Part shown: piece by piece, positions 58,901-63,953 of the stretch | How the letters are laid out: each line of letters begins with the position of its first letter | Numbering within the stretch: position 1 is the first letter of the stretch | From: Rubrobacter sp. | GTDB taxonomy: Bacteria; Chloroflexota; Chloroflexia; Thermobaculales; Thermobaculaceae | Length of the DNA stretch: 63,953 nucleotides | Direction: 5' to 3' | Assembly: GCA_016781845.1 (NCBI GenBank) | Contig: JADDPP010000066.1 | Span: 1-63,953 of the forward strand | The notes under the pieces: generated by a model | Databases searched by the model: none | Told to the model about the DNA's origin: nothing | What the model saw: only the letters and a program-made list of their open reading frames with translations | Made by a program: the position numbers and the translations under genes

Positions 58901-60504
58901 GACAGTGGCCCACGCTGCAACTGGACGACGGTACGGGACAGACGCGCGTCCGTGTGATGGAGAGCACCGCTATACCACGGGTGGCGGGGGGCAGGGGCGA
59001 TACCGCGAACGTCGTGGGTATTGTCAGCCAGTGGGACGGCAGGTATCGCTTACTTCCCCGGTACCCCTCTGACCTCCTGATAGAACCTGCGGAGCCCGGG
59101 CCCGTAACAGGTGGCGACGAGCCACCTCCTGGAGACGCTTCGCGTGAGACGTGGCTCGATGTTTCGCTTGCGGAGGTGCGGGCGCTGCCAGCGGGTACGC
59201 GGGTGCGCTTCGAGGCACAGATAACGGCCCCGCCCGGCGTGCTCGGAGACACCCGCGCGTACGTGGGCACCTCCGACGCGGGCCTCGCGCTGCACCTGAC
59301 GGAGGGCGGTTACCCATCGCTGCAGGAGGGTGACCGGGTCCGGGTGCGTGGGAAGCTGGATACCTTTCACGGGGAGAGGATACTCCGCCTTGCGAAGGGG
59401 GCGGACGTGGAGTGGCTCGGCCCGGGCGTAGCCCTACAACCACGAGCGGCCGTAACAGGCGAATTGGGGGCTCACCTGGAGGGGCGACTGGTTGCGGTTG
59501 TCGCGCGCATCAAGCAGCGGCAGTGGCCGACACTGTACGTGGACGATGGCTCCGGTGAGGCGAGGGTACGCATCCTGGATGACACCGGAATCCCCAAGCT
59601 CGACGGCGGCGCGGGCGACGTGGTGTCAGCAACGGGCATAGTCAGCCAGTGGGATGGCAGGTACAGGCTTCTGCCGCGCTACGGGGCCGACATTCTAGCC
59701 ACGGCGCAGGTCGGCGGTGGTGCGGGAGAGGACACTGATGGGGACACCCACGCTGGAACTCCCGGTACTCCTGACACTGTAGAGCCTTCTTATCGCGATG
59801 TGACGCTTGCCCATTCCCGCACACTCCCTCTTGGCATGAAGGTACGTTTCGAGGCACGGGTGACCGCTCCCCCCAGCGTGCTGGGCGAGGCGCGCGCCTA
59901 CGTGGGTGACGAGATGACGGGCATCGCCTTGCATCTTCCAAGCGGGGGTTATCCATCGCTGACCGAGGGAGACAGAGTGCGCGTCCAGGGCGAGCTCGAC
60001 ACGTACCATGGGGAACGCATCGTTCGGCTGGAGAGCGGGGCAGATGTCTTCTGGCTGGAGTCGGGGACGCCGGTGCCGGCCCTAGCGGTACAGACCGGGG
60101 CCATCGGAGCGGGGACCGAGGGGCGACTCGTGACCGTGCAGGCCCCCATCGCCCAGCGGCAGTGGCCCACCTTGCGTATAGATGATGGAACTGGGGAGGC
60201 GCGGGTCAGGGTGGTGGACACGACGGGCATCCCGAAGCTCCGCGGAAGCAGGGGCGATGTGGCGGTCGTCACCGGTCTCGTAAGCCAGTGGGATGGTCGC
60301 TGGCGGGTACTGCCGCGCTGGCCTCGCGACATCGAGATAGCAGTCATAGCCACGGTCCCACGCAGCGGAGCTGGCGGTAAGAATTACAGCCGCCACGTGG
60401 CTGGATCGTGTCCGGACGCGCAAGTGCTTCCCAAACACTGGCAGTTCCGGTTCTATGGAGATGGGGAGGGTGTGTTGAGCTCGCACCGTGGAAGGGGGGA
60501 GTAG
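55930..60504 (+). CDS. Giant secreted repeat protein: CBM4/9-like jelly-roll, Pro/Thr linker, six tandem double OB-fold-like modules
   Basis: A single 1524-codon frame. The signal-like segment is KAYQLARTQLWCVLFLLLALVSGSIALA, so the real start is probably GTG 56005 or 55969. The CBM pattern runs NLVANCGFEQG...FDDIVLEE. The six modules are at 56761-57309, 57376-57918, 57946-58479, 58546-59082, 59161-59700 and 59800-60342. Confidence 0.8.
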   Translation: MRPVTPPCACVPRVWQSEVTGPPTPVGKAYQLARTQLWCVLFLLLALVSGSIALATDERPCDGPPNLVANCGFEQGKASRRLNPNSTGPFEIVEDGARSGAKAAALSAEQYTEIRQLLNISPQGKYRLSGYLLWTDPEYEKAGIGIRFGMPIGSAHDVELANQSEKWERLESRWLSAGGATEAVVYLRVQANGKLPDQPVLFDDIVLEEQLPPPPTVEPTRAITPGPTVTVAPTHTPIPTSSPTAEPTSTPTPEPTRTPTPQPTDTPPPSPTPPPERVSIAEARTRDGGEPVSVRGIITAPAHTLGAKRLYVQDDSGGILVMVPQGSQTYEVGRVVEVTGIPGSYFGERAIRTQVDGGGVTARGAEPEPEPREIASGDVGPETEGSLVRIEGTVAAVAKPNVRVDDGSGEARVRVAGSTDIVWPSPRKHDQLTAVGIVSSFNGSYRPMPRYDRDLVVVRHEPPPTPTQEPSATPTPEPPPPLVSISAARADNTRGVVRIRGSVTAPAHLLGKRRLYIQDGAAGILVVVPEGEGGALRPGSMVEVTGKPGTYFGERALRDGRDVTLLATRAPPTPRKLSTGHIGVATEGLLVEVRGPVTQVAKPSVRLNDGSGEARIRISPTTGLAWPSPRKHDTLTAVGVVSSFNGHYRVLPRYRTDLRLVRHVPPEPLPRDATVGQARAASERELLRVQGVVTAPPGPLGEARFWLQDATGGILVTGARSQALKSGDRVRVTGESGAAYGERLLRLKRVERLGSGPEPRPVSVALARVGARTEGLLVAVEGPVAESAWPSVYIGSPDSPVRVYARESTGLGNPRARRGDSLHAVGIVSGYRGKYRVLPFRETHLRLTRHGGDDGDDGGDTTDGTAPKTWRDVSLHEVARLTVGTRVRFEAQVTAPPGVLGDARAYVGASGAGIALHSPKGGYPRLSEGDWVRVRGELDTYHGERIIRLKGSDVLRLGAGELLRPVSTGTGSVGASLQGQLVRVRAPITRRQWPTLQLDDGTGQTRVRVMESTAIPRVAGGRGDTANVVGIVSQWDGRYRLLPRYPSDLLIEPAEPGPVTGGDEPPPGDASRETWLDVSLAEVRALPAGTRVRFEAQITAPPGVLGDTRAYVGTSDAGLALHLTEGGYPSLQEGDRVRVRGKLDTFHGERILRLAKGADVEWLGPGVALQPRAAVTGELGAHLEGRLVAVVARIKQRQWPTLYVDDGSGEARVRILDDTGIPKLDGGAGDVVSATGIVSQWDGRYRLLPRYGADILATAQVGGGAGEDTDGDTHAGTPGTPDTVEPSYRDVTLAHSRTLPLGMKVRFEARVTAPPSVLGEARAYVGDEMTGIALHLPSGGYPSLTEGDRVRVQGELDTYHGERIVRLESGADVFWLESGTPVPALAVQTGAIGAGTEGRLVTVQAPIAQRQWPTLRIDDGTGEARVRVVDTTGIPKLRGSRGDVAVVTGLVSQWDGRWRVLPRWPRDIEIAVIATVPRSGAGGKNYSRHVAGSCPDAQVLPKHWQFRFYGDGEGVLSSHRGRGE

Positions 60505-61557
60505 GTGGACAGAGTAGACGGCAGGTCGCTGCTTGAGGAGGAGATATACAGCCAGCCGGAGGTTGTCGCGCGGTTGCTGGAGCGCGAGACTGCGCACGCG
60601 GGCCAGATCGTTTGCCAGTTACCGGACTTTGAGTACATCCAGATAGCGGCACGGGGCACCTCCGACTACGCGGCGACATACGCCACGTACGCCTTGGCGT
60701 CGCTCGCTGGCTACCCGGTATCGCTGGCGACACCCTCGCTCCACACGATATATCACGCTCCACCCAGACTGAGGGGTGCGCTGGTGGTAGGCATCTCCCA
60801 GTCGGGGCAGTCTCCCGATATAGTAGCGGTGGTTGAGGAGGGCAGACGGCAGGGGCGGCCGACGCTCGCCATTACAAACGATGGCTCCTCGCCGCTCGCC
60901 GCCGCTGCGGATCATGTCATCGAGCTGCATGCGGGACCGGAGCGTAGCGTTGCCGCGACGAAGACGTACACGGCCCAGCTCGCGGTGCTGGCGCTCCTCG
61001 CTGCAACATGGAATGGGGACAGCCAGAAGCTCGCGGCGCTGCAGGGCATGCCGGAGGCGATAGCGAAAACCCTGGCCGGCGCGGGGGCGACGGTCTCGCA
61101 GAGGGCCGAGCGCTACCGGTACATGAGGCAGTGCGTAGTGATCGGTCGTGGATACAACTACGCCACTGCATTTGAGCTCGCGCTGAAGCTCAAGGAGTTG
61201 GACTACGTGATGAGCACCGCGTACTCGTCGGCGGACTTTCGCCATGGGCCTATCGCCACCGTCGAGGAAGACCTGCCGGTGATTCTCGTCATGCCCGCTG
61301 GAGCGGTCCTTGAAGACATGCTAGGCATGGCTAAGGACCTGCGGGAGCGCGGTGCAGAGTTGATAGCCATCTCCGACGCCGAGGAGGCGCGCCCGCTCGC
61401 GAGGACCCTGCTGCCGCTCGCTGCACCCTCGCCCGAGTGGCTCAGCCCAATTACCGCGATACTGCCGGGACAGCTGCTTGCGCTGCACCTGGCACTGGCG
61501 AAGGGGCTGGACCCCGACACGCCGCGCGGCCTCCAGAAGGTAACGCGCACGTACTGA
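60505..61557 (+). CDS. Double-SIS-domain sugar-phosphate isomerase/deaminase (GlmS C-terminal / NagB-II / FrlB-like)
   Basis: N-terminus LLEEEIYSQPEVVARLL, with SIS motifs IAARGTSDYAA and GISQSGQSPDIV, then a second SIS domain. The GTG start directly abuts the TAG of the giant gene. Confidence 0.75.
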   Translation: MDRVDGRSLLEEEIYSQPEVVARLLERETAHAGQIVCQLPDFEYIQIAARGTSDYAATYATYALASLAGYPVSLATPSLHTIYHAPPRLRGALVVGISQSGQSPDIVAVVEEGRRQGRPTLAITNDGSSPLAAAADHVIELHAGPERSVAATKTYTAQLAVLALLAATWNGDSQKLAALQGMPEAIAKTLAGAGATVSQRAERYRYMRQCVVIGRGYNYATAFELALKLKELDYVMSTAYSSADFRHGPIATVEEDLPVILVMPAGAVLEDMLGMAKDLRERGAELIAISDAEEARPLARTLLPLAAPSPEWLSPITAILPGQLLALHLALAKGLDPDTPRGLQKVTRTY

Positions 61558-61596
61558 GCCCAAATTTGGTCTTCCAGCAGGTGAGGTCCGTAGGAG

Positions 61597-62748
61597 GTGT
61601 CTGTGCATACCGGGCTTGAGGTGTTGCTCTCCGAAGGTCTCCCAGAGATGACCGGTAAACGGGTAGGGCTGGTCACGAACCACACCGGGGTGGATAGCCG
61701 GTTCCGCAGCACGGCGGACCTTCTCCACGCTTCGGACCAGTTTCGGCTGGTTGCGCTGTTTGGGCCGGAGCACGGGGTGCGGGGCGAGGCCCAGGCGGGC
61801 GTGGAGGTGGGTGCTTCCGTGGACGGGCGCACGGGGCTTCTGGTGTACAGCCTGTACGGCGAGACCCGCCGACCGACCCCCGCGATGCTGGAGAGAATGG
61901 ACGCCTTGCTCTTTGACATTCAGGACGTAGGAGTCCGTTACGCCACCTACATCTCGACCATGTCCCTCGTGCAGGAAGCCTGCGCGGAAGCCGGGATACC
62001 CCTCGTCCTTCTCGACCGCCCCAACCCCATCTCTGGCGTTCACATCGAGGGACCCTCACTCAACCCCGCCTTCGCGTCGTTTGTCGGGGCACACCCCATC
62101 CCGGTGCGACATGGCTTGACGTGCGGTGAGCTCGCGCGGCTGTTCGCGGCGGAGAGGGGATGGCCGACGCCCACGGTCGTGCCAATGCAGGGATGGCGGC
62201 GCGACCAGTGGTACGATGAGACCGGGCTGCCGTGGGTCCAGCCCACGCCCAACCTGCCGACGCTCGACTCACTGACGCTGTACCCCGGTATGTGCTTGAT
62301 CGAGGGCACAAATGTATCAGAAGGACGTGGAACGACGCGACCGTTCGAGCTCGTCGGAGCGCCATGGCTCGACCCGTTCGAGCTCGCTGCGGAGTTGGAG
62401 CGACGCACTCTTCCAGGGTTCGCGTTCCGACCGGCATACTTCACGCCTACCTACTCAAAGCACGCCGGCTTCTCGTGCAGGGGCGTACAGGCATACGTCA
62501 CCGACCGCAGCGAGGTCCGCCCAGTGGAGTTGGGCGTCCACCTGCTGCACGCAATCCGGGAGCTGGCCCCGGAGGAGTTCGCCTGGCGCTCGGGGCACGA
62601 CGGCAGCTTCTTCGTGGACCTCCTGTACGGAAGCGACAAGCTGCGCCGCATGCTGGACGGTGGAGCAGGTGTGGCGGAGATCACCGCAGACTGGAGGGAG
62701 GAGACTTCCGGGTTCAGGGAGCGACGCGACCCGTTTCTCCTATATTGA
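61597..62748 (+). CDS. DUF1343 protein (NamZ/YbbC-type exo-beta-N-acetylmuramidase family)
   Basis: TGKRVGLVTNHTGV, LFGPEHG and ALLFDIQDVGVRYATYISTM are characteristic of DUF1343. The second GTG at 61603, 5 nt after AGGAGG, may be the true start. Confidence 0.75.
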   Translation: MSVHTGLEVLLSEGLPEMTGKRVGLVTNHTGVDSRFRSTADLLHASDQFRLVALFGPEHGVRGEAQAGVEVGASVDGRTGLLVYSLYGETRRPTPAMLERMDALLFDIQDVGVRYATYISTMSLVQEACAEAGIPLVLLDRPNPISGVHIEGPSLNPAFASFVGAHPIPVRHGLTCGELARLFAAERGWPTPTVVPMQGWRRDQWYDETGLPWVQPTPNLPTLDSLTLYPGMCLIEGTNVSEGRGTTRPFELVGAPWLDPFELAAELERRTLPGFAFRPAYFTPTYSKHAGFSCRGVQAYVTDRSEVRPVELGVHLLHAIRELAPEEFAWRSGHDGSFFVDLLYGSDKLRRMLDGGAGVAEITADWREETSGFRERRDPFLLY

Positions 62749-62968
62749 GCGAGGACAGTTGCCGCTTCCCTACGTCGCAGCCGAGGCGCGTCCGGCGCAC
62801 TGCAGTGGGCTAACCAGGGCATACCGTCCGGGGAGTTCTCAGCGGGAGTACCCCAGCCGGTGTTTAGCCGAGGGCTCCACAAAGACCAGAATCCGGCGAT
62901 AAAGCGGCATGCCCGGTGCTTGCCGTAGAGGTTTCATACTGCCACCTGGAATGACCGTCTTCCAGGCG

Positions 62969-63721
62969 TTATGCGGAGAGCTCATCACTCGCCTGCGCCG
63001 TGACGCCGAGAACCTCGAGGTGCTGCGGTATCGCCTGTTGGACGTGCTCGTCCCAGTACTCCCACGTATGGGCGCCGGGGTGTTCAGCGTACTCGTGCGG
63101 GTAGTTGAGCTTCTGCAGGTGGTCATGGAAGGCTCGGTTGTGCTCGATCAGGAAATCCTCCGTGCCGCAGTCGAGCGAGAGGCGCGGGCGCGTGGGGGCC
63201 TTGACCGCCTCGGCGGCTATGGCATAGATGTCGAAGTGGTCGAGCTCCTCCGCTGTCATGTCCGGGAATCGCTCTCTCAGTGCAGGTCGGTCGGGGATGA
63301 AGCTGCTGTGCGCCCATATAGAGGCAAAGCGGTGGGGGTACTTGAGTCCGAGGCGGAGCGCACCGAAGCCGCCCATCGAGAGGCCGCCTATCGCCCAGGG
63401 GCCGGGTCGCACAGGGCAGAGCGCGGAGCAGGTGGGAAGCAGATCCTCCATCAGGAAGTCCTCGTACCGCTCCCGAGGACCGCGGTTGCCCCACAGGCTG
63501 AGGCCGCCATCGGGCATGATGGCGATAAGCGGCTTGTTATCGAGGTAGACGGCCAGCTTCGAGCGGGTGATCCAGGCCGAGTGGTCATCTGTCGCGCCGT
63601 GTAGCTGCAGAAGGGCCGGGTACGGTGGCGGGCCGGCTTCCTGAGGATCGGGCAGGCTGAAGCTGAAGGTAATGTGCCGCCCCAGTGCGCGGCTGCGGGT
63701 CTGCATCTGTCCGATGTTCAT
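62969..63721 (-). CDS. Esterase-family alpha/beta hydrolase (esterase D / putative esterase type)
   Basis: 250 aa. It has LLQLHGATDDHSAW and the nucleophile elbow GLSMGGFGAL. Confidence 0.75.
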   Translation of the reverse strand: MNIGQMQTRSRALGRHITFSFSLPDPQEAGPPPYPALLQLHGATDDHSAWITRSKLAVYLDNKPLIAIMPDGGLSLWGNRGPRERYEDFLMEDLLPTCSALCPVRPGPWAIGGLSMGGFGALRLGLKYPHRFASIWAHSSFIPDRPALRERFPDMTAEELDHFDIYAIAAEAVKAPTRPRLSLDCGTEDFLIEHNRAFHDHLQKLNYPHEYAEHPGAHTWEYWDEHVQQAIPQHLEVLGVTAQASDELSA

Positions 63722-63953
63722 GGTAGTAGGCTCCTGGGGTTCTGCCTGCTGGTCTATTCAGTTCGTATCCTCGCGGTCCATGCTGAATATGGAGGGGCGG
63801 GAAGGAAGAAGCGTTTGCCTGGCTGGTTTCAGGCTTGTCCGCTGGGCCCGATCAGAGCGTGCGGTATTCGCGGCTGAGGATGAGAGTGTACGCAAGCCTG
63901 CGGCCAGGGATGGCTCTATCGGCGTGGGGCGAGAGATGTGCTTCGTACGCCCA

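Overview
High-GC bacterial chromosomal segment. Gene content suggests Chloroflexota (inference from Chlor_Arch_YYY/DUF2298 membrane proteins, AGGAGG ribosome-binding sites and a GAAC-N4-GTTC LexA box). About 45 protein genes are supported. Most are housekeeping: gyrA, purA, gpsA, dnaE, polX, argS, folD, nadD, prs, fmt and tam. Carbohydrate and envelope genes are mixed in: GH43, GH2, GH172/DUF2961, a GT, YfhO, two YYY membrane proteins, and a NamZ-like gene with a double-SIS gene. There is also a MoxR-DUF58-transglutaminase operon and a cytoplasmic two-component pair. I saw no rRNA, tRNA or CRISPR array. The six-frame track is full of antisense shadow ORFs typical of high GC, and I trimmed several listed ORFs to internal starts. 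The most interesting items are listed here. (1) A 1524-codon secreted protein with a CBM-like head and six tandem double OB-fold-like modules but no catalytic domain. (2) A two-gene operon behind a textbook sigma70 promoter and a perfect LexA/Cheo box, encoding a protein whose core looks like a Rad52/Sak-type single-strand annealing protein. (3) A family of about 22-34 nt palindromic REP-like elements (GAGACGTWGC..GCWACGTCTC) in five intergenic sites, one flanked by a 14-nt direct repeat. (4) An arginine-deiminase homologue 3 nt downstream of argS with Ser where the catalytic Cys is expected. (5) Tandem, translationally coupled YYY/DUF2298 paralogues, one fused to a GT-C-like N-terminus. All family assignments come from motif recognition by eye. 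No searches were run.
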